NCBI GenBank assembly: GCA_018658715.1 | Contig: JABHUQ010000006.1 | Location: 12,904-76,903, forward strand | Direction of reading: 5' to 3' | Length of the DNA: 64,000 bases | Source of the DNA: Fidelibacterota bacterium | GTDB taxonomy: Bacteria > Fidelibacterota > Marinisomatia > Marinisomatales > UBA1611 | In this document: positions 48,227 to 58,400 of the stretch, piece after piece | Layout: every line of letters starts with the position of its first letter | Position numbering within the stretch: the stretch's first letter is position 1 | The notes under the pieces: generated by a model | Database searches by the model: none | Seen by the model: only the letters and a program-made list of their open reading frames with translations | Told to the model about the DNA's origin: nothing | Translations under genes and position numbers: made by a program

Positions 48227-51200
48227 TTAAAATAAGTCCAGCCGCTCTTCAGGCTGGAAGATTGCAAGTTTCATAATTTTTTCTCCAATGGCAGAACCAT
48301 TCTCATCTGATACGGTGATATAAACGATGTATACACCGCTTGCTACAGGAATACCATTGCTATTTCTCAAATCCCAAACAGCGCGATTACCACCCGAAGC
48401 GTTTTCACTTTCAACGCTATGGTCAAATCGTGTTACCAAGTCGCCAGAAATAGTATAAATCCGAATTGTAGATGTACCTACACCTAAATGAGTGAAATAT
48501 ACCATACGTCCCTGCGGATTACTTTCTTCTGGATTTTGTCCAAAATATGGATTTGGAAATACATTGATTTTTTCAATATCAAGTGTGGCATCTGCGCTAG
48601 CCATTGTACCAGTGGGGGTAAATTCATATTTGTCCACACCCTGGACTAATGGGTTGTCAAATACAATTTGGATTTGATCCCCACCCTGCCAAACAGTGTT
48701 ATTTCTATCAAAATTTAATACCCATCCTGTTATGTCTGCGTTATTTTGTGGATGAATTGGTGAAACAGAGCTTGCTTCATAATCCGTATAAACAGGAATA
48801 TATTGGAAATTTGCTGAAAAAGCCCAATGGGTTGCCGTGGTGTCATCATTGTATAACGCACCCTCAACTAGACTGGATGGTTTTGATGCCCCCGCAACCT
48901 GATATGTTAGGACATTAATTTGTCTCTCTTCGCCGTTTTCAACATCCCACAACTCAAATGGAATCATAATTGTATCTGGGTCCATATTCCCACGTAATGT
49001 TTGAATATTGGCATAGGATGCAATTGAACCTCCATCTGTGAACCTAAGTTCAAGATCTCTTTGTTTGTCGTCAACAGTTGGGACACCATTCGCAGGTGAG
49101 AAACCAGCATTAGCTCCATAGGCATCAAATAAGAAATTCATATAATCTGCCCAAGCGCTAAATCCACCTGATCCTAATCCTGAAAAAGCAAGTGCAGAAT
49201 TAGCTGTATCTGCCACAATTTCAGTTGCGCTAGAATAATTATTCACATCCCATAAACCATCTTGAAATGTTAAAATAAATCCATCTGTAATTGTGTTATT
49301 AATATAGACACCATCTGGATCAATACCACCATTCGCATCTTTTAGAGTTGTAAAATAGTCTTGTGTAATTGGGAAAAGAGTATCTTCAGCAACAACTTCT
49401 CCACCACTAGATAAAACCCACTTTGAACGAGTACTATCTGCTTCTTCGACAGTAACGCTATATAATTCACCCGTTAATAAATAAGGGTCAATAACATTTG
49501 GATATATAGATGTACCCGCAGTCCCCGCTGTATGGGTGTATTCTATATTTTCGTTATTACCAATAGCTAAATCAGTCCCAACTCCTGGTGGACTTGGTAT
49601 TGCCGTATACGAATAAATTGGACTTTCAATCACACGTTTTGCTGCGTTGGGGTCGTAAGCATAGGCTGTTACAGCAAAATAATACTCACGATAATTGATT
49701 AATAAGCCACCATCAACATAATCTTGATCAATTTCAATAAAGTGATCAATACCTGTGTCTGTTCCAAATTGAGATGGAAATTCTAATAATTCACCTGTTT
49801 CGTCATCTAAGCCCTGATCGATGATTAATTTAATATCATCAACTAAGTCATATGTTGTAATTCGTTTCCAAGGACCTACGGCAGATTCACCTTGGTAAAT
49901 ATTATACCCTTGAAATCCATAGCCAGCACAAGAATATTCTTCTACTTTTTCTGCGATTTCTTCGAACGAAAGAACTACTTTTCGATCCATTTGAGATATA
50001 ACGATCTCTGGAGCAGGTGGAGAACATACATTAAAGTTTGCATCGAAGGCACCTTGAGCAAAATTATCATAATATTTCATTTTTGTAATAGACTTTTGCC
50101 AATCACCACTTGCAGCAATAATGATAGAGCCAACAACTTCTGCTGTATCGCCCACATTAAATGTAAAAGGACCCGATGTCATCATATAACGACGATCTCC
50201 CTCGGTATTATCTAAATCACCAGCGCCTGTAACAGGGTCCCCTGCGTGACGGAATAATGTTGGTGCGCCTGTACCAGGATCAACAAATTCTTCTCCTGAC
50301 TCACCATTTCTACCATTCATATAGTTCAATGCTTCTTCAGCTGTTTCCGGGTCACCCGCTGATGGGTCACTATTTGTATATTTTGCAAAAGATGTTAAGC
50401 CAAGTCGTTTTTTTCCATTCACTGTTCTGACATAATAACTAGAATCTTGTGACCATGTTAATATAGACGCAGTATCTCCTTCAGATGCCACAAGTGGGCC
50501 TTGAAAGAAATCTGCGCCGGCTGCTGGAACAGCAGCACCATACAACATGTCTGCGCCAGCATTATATGTATAACCAACACTTAATAATGTATCACAGCCG
50601 ACTAAATCGTCACTTGCATCTCCAACATCATCATCATGCCACATAGACACATAGACACTATCTAAATCATCTGTACCTTTATTAATAGCAACCCAGCGAA
50701 CAAACATAATATTTCCCAGGGCGCCTGCTTGGTTAAAACCAAAAACAGACGTTTGAACTTCAACACCCATAGGAACTGTTCCCCATAAATTTTGATGTGT
50801 TGCAGCATCGCCATCATTCATAACATACCAGTGAAACATGTCTCCTAAAATATCAGGATAATCACCATCTTGAATATTATAAACACCATCACCATTTGCA
50901 TCTATCCATGGAGCTCCATCTTCTGCGGGCCAATTTTCAAAATCACTTGTAGGAAAGGATTTTGTTGCAGGCTCTGTAAAAATATTAGCACCATCAATTT
51001 TTGTAATGGGCAATGAAGCACTCATAACACTATAAGTCGCATAGTCATTTTCAAGGAAAGCGTCTAGCTCGGCACGATGGATTTGATAAATATGTCCATC
51101 GCTCGTACCCGACATATTCCCCGGTACAAATTCTGCAGAATACTCAGATGCTGCAGAGCGTACATCGTCTTCCCAAGGTGAATTGCCATCATCTTCATCT

Positions 51201-51520
51201 GATAAGGAAGGGTCATTTGGTCTTGATTTTGCACTTATCATCCAAAGACCAGATTGGAAAATAACAAATTTGCCACTCCCTTTCGGCCATTCAGTTCCTG
51301 AACTTCCTGTTACGTGATAACTTGATACATCGCCATGGTTACCATGTACGGTGGAAATATTATTCCCATCCCACAAGACGTGTTCAGTTACACCGGAATT
51401 TGGAAACATAGACTTGAACAATCCGCTCGCATAGTCTGGGTCTCCCGCTCTATTTGTTGGTTCTGCAGCCATCAGCATTGTACCCATAGCTAACAGAAGA
51501 ATTATTTTTTTAATTTGCAT
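48227..51520 (-). CDS. ~1097-aa secreted protein of unknown function with a T9SS CTD-like C-terminus (giant protein, paralog 1)
   Basis: AGGAGA ribosome-binding site before the ATG at 51520 and signal peptide MQIKKIILLLAMGTMLMAA. FN3-like middle segment. C-terminus INVFPNPYF...IRIYTISGDLV...SGVYIVYITVSDENGSAIGEKIMKLAIFQ. Homologous to 58727..61996. Confidence 0.6.
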   Translation of the reverse strand: MQIKKIILLLAMGTMLMAAEPTNRAGDPDYASGLFKSMFPNSGVTEHVLWDGNNISTVHGNHGDVSSYHVTGSSGTEWPKGSGKFVIFQSGLWMISAKSRPNDPSLSDEDDGNSPWEDDVRSAASEYSAEFVPGNMSGTSDGHIYQIHRAELDAFLENDYATYSVMSASLPITKIDGANIFTEPATKSFPTSDFENWPAEDGAPWIDANGDGVYNIQDGDYPDILGDMFHWYVMNDGDAATHQNLWGTVPMGVEVQTSVFGFNQAGALGNIMFVRWVAINKGTDDLDSVYVSMWHDDDVGDASDDLVGCDTLLSVGYTYNAGADMLYGAAVPAAGADFFQGPLVASEGDTASILTWSQDSSYYVRTVNGKKRLGLTSFAKYTNSDPSAGDPETAEEALNYMNGRNGESGEEFVDPGTGAPTLFRHAGDPVTGAGDLDNTEGDRRYMMTSGPFTFNVGDTAEVVGSIIIAASGDWQKSITKMKYYDNFAQGAFDANFNVCSPPAPEIVISQMDRKVVLSFEEIAEKVEEYSCAGYGFQGYNIYQGESAVGPWKRITTYDLVDDIKLIIDQGLDDETGELLEFPSQFGTDTGIDHFIEIDQDYVDGGLLINYREYYFAVTAYAYDPNAAKRVIESPIYSYTAIPSPPGVGTDLAIGNNENIEYTHTAGTAGTSIYPNVIDPYLLTGELYSVTVEEADSTRSKWVLSSGGEVVAEDTLFPITQDYFTTLKDANGGIDPDGVYINNTITDGFILTFQDGLWDVNNYSSATEIVADTANSALAFSGLGSGGFSAWADYMNFLFDAYGANAGFSPANGVPTVDDKQRDLELRFTDGGSIASYANIQTLRGNMDPDTIMIPFELWDVENGEERQINVLTYQVAGASKPSSLVEGALYNDDTTATHWAFSANFQYIPVYTDYEASSVSPIHPQNNADITGWVLNFDRNNTVWQGGDQIQIVFDNPLVQGVDKYEFTPTGTMASADATLDIEKINVFPNPYFGQNPEESNPQGRMVYFTHLGVGTSTIRIYTISGDLVTRFDHSVESENASGGNRAVWDLRNSNGIPVASGVYIVYITVSDENGSAIGEKIMKLAIFQPEERLDLF

Positions 51521-51552
51521 TGTATTATATCTCCTATTTCCCTGACTCATCA

Positions 51553-54500
51553 TTATAAATCAATCCGGAAACCAATTCGTACTTGTCTTGGTTCTTCCCA
51601 ATTATAAGGATTTGACAGTTTGGAATTATAAAGGTTAGTGGCTTGTTCTTGTGTTGCGTTTCCATTAAAAGCAGCAGTAGTCAACCAGTTAACACCTTCA
51701 TCTGTACCTAGCCAACCATCATTATCAGCTTGGCCAGTTGCAGGATAAATCGTGCTTACATTTCTGATGTCTAAGAGGTTTTTCACCCAGACAAAGAATT
51801 TCATATTGTATTTACCAAAACTCACCCCTTGATCAACTTTTAAATCCACATTCATTGACCAAGGCATATTTGCTGAATTAAAAGCAGCGGTAGGTCGGTA
51901 AGAAATTCCACCTGTTAAAACTTCTGTATCCACTTGGACTGGAGTGTACGGAAGACCGCTACCGAATCTCATTAATAAGTTCATACCAAATAATGGCAAT
52001 CTAGAACGAACCCCTGTGCGGTAATCAAGCGCTATATTTCCGGTGTGACGCTGGTCAAAATCAAGCGGGGAAACATAAGTTAGATTGTTACCACCCTGCC
52101 AAGCAATACGATAATTACCACCTGCGCTTGACCCCGTACCGCCTGCATACTGTAGAGTATAATTTGCATCAACCATTAAGTTGCTCATACGTCGAGTTTT
52201 TAATGATAAGCTTAATCCTTTTACGGTACCATAATCACCATTCACATAAAGAGCGTATCCTACAGGACGCGCAGCAATATTTCGAATTTGCGGGTAACCT
52301 GTCATTTGCTTATAAAAGACGGTAGCATCAATACTTACGTTAGATGAAACCATTTGTTTAAAACCAATTTCGTATTGTGTGTTTTCTTGTGGTTGTAAAT
52401 CTGGGTTTGCAGAAATGGTAAAATTCCCTTGACTCAGATTTTGAACAAATCGAATATAACTTACAAATAAACGATTATTTTCAGGCTGTTGGAAATATTT
52501 TCCATATTGCGCATGAAATACCGTTTTGTCAGAAATTGGAAAAGCCATACCAACCCGCGGACTTATTAAAGACCTTGGCTCTGCATCAATCCGATGTGAC
52601 AGCCCTGTAGCATCTTCATCGGTTGGATCCCAGTATACATATTCTTCTGGATCTAATACGCCATCTTCATCTAAGTCAGATGCATAAACAGTCCCTGCGA
52701 TTTGATTATTATCATTAATAACAATATTGTTTGCTCCACCTGTCTCAGGATTGAAAATTTGATTTGCTGGATCAAAATAGTCATAACGTAAACCTAAATT
52801 TAAAACTAAATCGTTTAACTCAATTTTATCCCGAAGGTAAAATGCTCTGCTGTTAGGACGGCGCGCATCATCTTGACCGCTGTTTACTTCTTCTTCGCCT
52901 GTGATATTGTATCCAATATTTTCGGCATAAGCAGAAGCGTATGCTTGGTGTTTATAATTACCAAAATAATCGTCATAATCTGTGTCGCCATCACCGTCAT
53001 AATCATCATCTTTCCAGGAGTCGCTAGCATCTTGTTCATAATCCAGAATGCCATCCTCACCCATAGTGACAGAAAGCGCGGAATCTAATACAATACCATT
53101 AGAGTCGGTGTCTGTTGCTATCCATTTATAATTCCAAATATCTTGAGTTCCTGAATAGGGAGCATTTACAGAAAAATAGTTTGTAATCGAACGAGAGCGA
53201 CTCAATCTATAATAGCGAATCATGCTATTTGTTATTTCAAATCCTGCTTTCAATTCGTGGTTATTACGCTGCCAAGTTAAAGAGCCTGTAAATGCATCTC
53301 TTGATGTGTTACGTTTTGTATAATTACTTCCATCTGCGCTTGTATACCCAGCTTTAGTATAATATGCCAATTCTAAATCTGGAGTAGGCATTTTTGCATT
53401 TCCATTATAAAGAGGGTTGATATAATTCATATCATCATAACGCATTTCATTATAATGCCAAAATGCTGTTGAATCCCACGCCCAATAAACAGTTGAATCT
53501 TCTGCCCACGGTTGTGTAGCTATATCTACTGTATCAAAATTCCAATAATCATATTCATATACATCTAAAACATTATCATTTGAATCGGTAACTACATATT
53601 GATACACAGGGTCGCTTGTGTAGTCATACATTTTACCTGAATTAATATAAGGTACTTCTAACCCTGATAATGTTCCATCTTCATAAGTGAACTGACCATA
53701 GCTATCATCAAATACAGGATCATAATATTTATAAGAATCTTCTGAATGACTATACTGAACATTAAAAAACATATTATCAAATGCGGGGATAGCACCACTC
53801 AAATTTCCATAGTATGATCGAAATCCGTTATCCGACTTATTAAACCTGCTTATCCAGTCGCCTGTGCCAACTATGTTTGATGTGCTATTTGGACTATACA
53901 CATCAAATAAAGAACGCGAGTGACTATAGTTGGATCGCTCACTACTAAAGTCTGATCCACCAATTTTCAATTTCCACGGGAGTTCAAATAATGGTTGAAA
54001 ATCGATGAGAATATTTCCCGCTAAACTAGATTTTTCTATCCAGTTATTTGGTTTAGGTCCCCAACGATACTCAATGTCATTAGCAGAGATGTTCCTATAA
54101 TCAGGGGCATCATAGGTTCCATTCCCATTCTCATCAGTAAATGGTTCTGCGGGGTCATCCCATTCTTCTTCATATGTACCGCTTCCATTTTTATCAATGA
54201 AATCATCCCAAATAGTATTACCATTATGATCTTCATAAAATTCACCGACATCAGGTCTTCCCGCTAAATCAAGGTCTCCAGTATAATAAGGGACCTTAGC
54301 GTTTGTTGGGCTTGCATCTGCTAAACTAGTCTGTTCTACAGAAAGGAAATATCTTAGCCAGTTCGCTCCGGGGATAGGTCCACCTAATGCAAATGAGCCT
54401 AATTGATATCCGTAAGAATAAGCGAATGGTTTGTCTACTGATGCTTCAGGAGAACCAAAATCTGTAATTGCTTCAACGGTAATATCTAATTCGCTTCCAC

Positions 54501-55197
54501 CAGTTTTAGTTGTTGTTTTAACAATACCAGAGTTAGCAGAACCATATTCAGCTCCAAAACCGCCAGACTGAAAAGAGACCTCTTCTAAACTTAAGTTTGG
54601 CACATCACCCGCACGCCCACTTGTATAAGCATTGTTGACATAAACACCATCAACATAAAAACCAACTTCATCTGTACGTCCACCGCGAATGTGGAGATTG
54701 CCGCTTGCGTCTGTAACAACACCTGTTTGAAGTGCAACAACGTCAGCATATCCACGAACATTCATATTCTGAATATCTTCTGCGCGGACGACGCGAACTT
54801 CGTTTGTAGCATTAATCTCAATAAGTGGTTTTTCAGCAACAACAACAACTTCATCGCCTTCTAGCGCTTCTGATGCAAGCTTTGTTTCAAAAAGATTTGT
54901 GGTTAAATCTGACGTAACACGAACTTGTTCAATAGTAACCGAGCGATATCCGATAAAGCTAAATTTTATATCGTAAAGTCCCGGGGAAACATTTAAAATA
55001 ACAAACGATCCCGATTCAGTTGTTGCAGCGCCATAAGAAGACCCATCAAGCATAACATTTACGCCCGGTAATGGACTGCCACTTTCTTTATCCACAACTG
55101 TCCCTACAACTTTACCCGCGTCACCCGCAAAGATGTGGCTGGTTAAGAGTAGAAACAAAACAACTTTTACGTGGAAAACTCTTTTTAAAGTATCCAT
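51553..55197 (-). CDS. SusC/RagA-like TonB-dependent receptor with an N-terminal carboxypeptidase-regulatory-like domain (paralog 1, 1214 aa)
   Basis: GKVVGTVVDKESGSPLPGVNVML...YDIKFSFIGYRS, a TonB-box-like DEVVVVAE and a plug domain (LHIRGGRTDEVGFYVDGVYVNN). Long beta-barrel with Asp-rich inserts. Confidence 0.85.
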   Translation of the reverse strand: MDTLKRVFHVKVVLFLLLTSHIFAGDAGKVVGTVVDKESGSPLPGVNVMLDGSSYGAATTESGSFVILNVSPGLYDIKFSFIGYRSVTIEQVRVTSDLTTNLFETKLASEALEGDEVVVVAEKPLIEINATNEVRVVRAEDIQNMNVRGYADVVALQTGVVTDASGNLHIRGGRTDEVGFYVDGVYVNNAYTSGRAGDVPNLSLEEVSFQSGGFGAEYGSANSGIVKTTTKTGGSELDITVEAITDFGSPEASVDKPFAYSYGYQLGSFALGGPIPGANWLRYFLSVEQTSLADASPTNAKVPYYTGDLDLAGRPDVGEFYEDHNGNTIWDDFIDKNGSGTYEEEWDDPAEPFTDENGNGTYDAPDYRNISANDIEYRWGPKPNNWIEKSSLAGNILIDFQPLFELPWKLKIGGSDFSSERSNYSHSRSLFDVYSPNSTSNIVGTGDWISRFNKSDNGFRSYYGNLSGAIPAFDNMFFNVQYSHSEDSYKYYDPVFDDSYGQFTYEDGTLSGLEVPYINSGKMYDYTSDPVYQYVVTDSNDNVLDVYEYDYWNFDTVDIATQPWAEDSTVYWAWDSTAFWHYNEMRYDDMNYINPLYNGNAKMPTPDLELAYYTKAGYTSADGSNYTKRNTSRDAFTGSLTWQRNNHELKAGFEITNSMIRYYRLSRSRSITNYFSVNAPYSGTQDIWNYKWIATDTDSNGIVLDSALSVTMGEDGILDYEQDASDSWKDDDYDGDGDTDYDDYFGNYKHQAYASAYAENIGYNITGEEEVNSGQDDARRPNSRAFYLRDKIELNDLVLNLGLRYDYFDPANQIFNPETGGANNIVINDNNQIAGTVYASDLDEDGVLDPEEYVYWDPTDEDATGLSHRIDAEPRSLISPRVGMAFPISDKTVFHAQYGKYFQQPENNRLFVSYIRFVQNLSQGNFTISANPDLQPQENTQYEIGFKQMVSSNVSIDATVFYKQMTGYPQIRNIAARPVGYALYVNGDYGTVKGLSLSLKTRRMSNLMVDANYTLQYAGGTGSSAGGNYRIAWQGGNNLTYVSPLDFDQRHTGNIALDYRTGVRSRLPLFGMNLLMRFGSGLPYTPVQVDTEVLTGGISYRPTAAFNSANMPWSMNVDLKVDQGVSFGKYNMKFFVWVKNLLDIRNVSTIYPATGQADNDGWLGTDEGVNWLTTAAFNGNATQEQATNLYNSKLSNPYNWEEPRQVRIGFRIDL

Positions 55198-55430
55198 AAG
55201 TAACTCCTGACTAACTAATTAATAATGTGTAAAATAATAAAAACATCGCCTATTAGGGGTATAACTATCCCTGGGGCGGGATCGAATATGAAACATTTTT
55301 ACAAATGATTCAAGAAAAATCAGACTAAAGCGCCTAATGAAAATACAAAACTTTTCACTTGATACAATCGTGATTAATGATCTACTTTTGTTCTCATTTT
55401 AAACCTGCGTTATTCTGGAGGAAACGCTTT
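55198..55430. promoter_or_regulatory. Divergent control region between the two TBDR genes
   Basis: 233 bp separate the divergent start codons. Minus-strand candidate sigma-70-type promoter: TTGAAT (55313-55308), 17 nt, CATATT (55290-55285). Plus-strand candidate Bacteroidetes-type -7 element TACTTTTG (55383-55390) with a TTG 21 nt upstream. GGAG and GGAGGA ribosome-binding sites sit at both ends. The motif calls are weak. Confidence 0.35.
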
Positions 55431-58400
55431 ATGAAAAAAACATTACTCTTTTTCATTATTTTATCTTTCCTATTTGCTGGTGATACTGGGAAACTAACAG
55501 GTATTATTACCGACATAACAACTGGTGACCCATTAATTGGCGTAAATATCGTTTTAAAAAACACAACAATGGGAACGGCATCCGGCGAAAATGGCAACTA
55601 TTCAATTATTCATATTTCGGCCGCAAAATACACTGTTTCTGCATCATATATTGGATACAAAACAATTATTGTTCAGGATGTAATTATAAATGCAAACCAT
55701 AACACACAACTGAATTTTAAAATGGCTATATCTGCCGTCGAAGGTGAAGAAATAACCGTGGAAGCCGAAAGGTCGATTATTGTTCGAGATCAAACGGCAA
55801 CAACTATTACAATGGAGGGAGAAAAACTAGAAAATATGCCTATCAATTCTTTCGAAGATGCAATGACGACTATGGCTGGTGTTATCGAAAATGATAATTC
55901 AGAAAGTGGAATCCATTTTAGGGGTGGCCGTACAGGAGAAGTAACATTTCTTGTAGACGGATTTGTTGTGGAAGATGCATTATTTGGAGATATGGGAATG
56001 GATGTTTCTAGAAATGCTATTTCTGAATTATCCGTTATCACCGGGGCATTTAATGCTGAGTATGGAGAAGCTATGAGTGGGGTGGTAAATATTGTTACAA
56101 AAGAAGGTCGCTCAGATTATTCCTGGAACATCCGCGGCGTAACAGACAATCTGTTCAATAGTGATTTTAATGATTGGGATCAGTCTCGTATAGAAGGCAC
56201 ATTAAGTGGGCCATTACTTCCTTTTAAGCCTGATTGGGCTACCTTTTTTGTTTCTGCAGATCGCTTAAATACACGAACGTCTCTTTGGAAAAATAAATTA
56301 CCTTTCAATGTGTGGAAAGATGTAAATGATGATGGAATAGATGGGAATTGGGTTGATTTAAACGAAGATGGTATAGAAGATGAAAATGAAATAGATACAC
56401 TAGCTATGGCTGATATTAATCTAGATGGAGTTCCGGATATACTAAAAGAAGGAACCATTGAACAAACAGGGGCTTATCGTCTTCAAGATCGCATCAATGC
56501 TAAAGTAGTCCTACACCCTGTGTCTAAGCTTAAGTTAACTATAGGATACAATCAGTTCACCAAAGAATCAAAATCGTTTTCTATGGACTATCGACAAATC
56601 CCTAACCGCAGCGGAATTGATTTTGATAAATCATCTGATTTGCAAATCAAGGCCAGTTATGCTATTTCGGAAAACATGTATATAACAGCACGATATCAAG
56701 ATCATAAAACAGAATCGTGGTATGGTTATGAGCCTCTGTTGACCAAAAACCATGAACTGGAAAGTCGCATTATTGAAATCCCTGAAGACTGGGGTGGTTT
56801 TACTCCAGAAACAGTACCCGCAGGCGATGAATATCTATGGCTAGGATATTATGCCGAACCATATGCGGATATGAATGGGGATGGTGTATGGAGTGTGTAT
56901 TCCGCAGAATGGTGGGACGATGAAAATGGAAATGCTGTATGGGATAATGATGAAACTTATAATGATTGGAATAATGATAGTACATGGAACGTATATAACT
57001 GGGCAGATGACAATCAAAATGGAATTTGGGATGAAGAAGAAGCAATTCTTTCTGATGAATATTGGGATATTCAATCCGATAGCAGATCCACAGATCCAAA
57101 TGAATATGATTGGGGAGTAGATGCTCGACTAAGAGAAGGTGATGCATATGACAACACATCTAATTATGAATTTTATGGCAATTACAATATTTATAATATA
57201 TATGGGGATTCCATTCGAGAAGGCATTTCTACCATGCATGACTACACATGGTACAAATCAAATTATAATAGCTTTGGGGGAGACATCACTTGGCAAGTAA
57301 ATAAAAGGCATCAACTTAAAGCTGGATTTGAGAAAAAGTCTTACGACTTAGCCCGTTTTGCAGCGTACGGAATTGGTGGTGGATATTTTGGTAATTCCGG
57401 TGACCCGTCCTTTATTATGTATGAACATCAACCTGAATCTCAAAGTTGGTATATTCAAGATAAAATTGAATACAATGATGTTGTTGTAAATATTGGTATT
57501 CGAATGGACAAACTAGACCCAAAGAGTCAATACCCGGATCCAACGCGTGAATTAGGGTATTATTACACTGAGAGCGGAGAAACAATTTGGATTGAACCTA
57601 GTGATGTAGGGTCTCTCACAGATGAAGATGTTGATGGATTAGGGTGGGGTTATCTTAATCGTGATGATGATGGAAATATCGTGGGTGGAATGCCTGCGCC
57701 AAATGCTGAAATTAAGAGTCAATTTAGCCCAAGGCTTGGTATTGGATATCCAATAACAGATAAAGTTGCTTTTCACTTTTCTTATGGACATTTTTATCAG
57801 TTTCCGGATTTGTACTACATGTATAATTATGGAAACCAAGAAGGTAATAGCATAGCAGCTCCAGGGTGGTCAGAAAATGCAAATTCTATGGCTCAGAATA
57901 ATAATTTATATGGTAATAATTTATTTCCCTTTCCTTACAATTTATCCGATTGGTATATCCCAGAAGTTGGTAGCCCAAACATAAGCCCTCAGAGATCCGT
58001 TCAATATGAAATGGGACTAAGAACGTGGATTGGTGAACATTATGTGTTGAGCTCCACCTTATATTATAAGGATTTGTTTGATTATGCCGCATCTCGTATA
58101 TATGATGCAGACCCACAGCAATATGCTGTTTTTGAAAATATGGATTATGCAAATTCCCGAGGGTTTGAAATATCGTTGGAAAAACTGTTTTCAAACAATT
58201 ATAGTTGGTATATCAATTATGCTATGGCTCGCGCAGAAGGAAATGCGCCTAATTCATCTTACCATTGGGATGTGGCTTATTTAGAGTCCGTCTATGGGTG
58301 GCGTGATTATAATCGTACATTTACTATGGATTGGGATCAAACGCATACCATAAACCTCGGTGTTGACTATCAACATCCAAAAGGATTGGGAATAAATGTA

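Noticed and set aside
44665-55197. Apparently higher GC in the cassette genes (about 45% in sampled lines versus about 25-35% in some housekeeping stretches), as a sign of horizontal transfer.
   Set aside because: Sampled lines in the pyrophosphatase gene are similarly GC-rich. The Gly/Ala/Asp/Thr-rich composition of these proteins, and possibly high expression, can account for it. It cannot be supported without a computed GC and codon profile.
56800-57160. Cluster of overlapping ORFs in several frames (56800..57159-, 56841..57074-, 56875..57120+) that could suggest overprinted genes.
   Set aside because: It is explained by the GAT/AAT/TGG/GAA-rich coding of the Asp/Asn/Trp insert in TBDR2, which removes stop codons from the other frames. 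The translations are His/Ile/Pro-rich nonsense.
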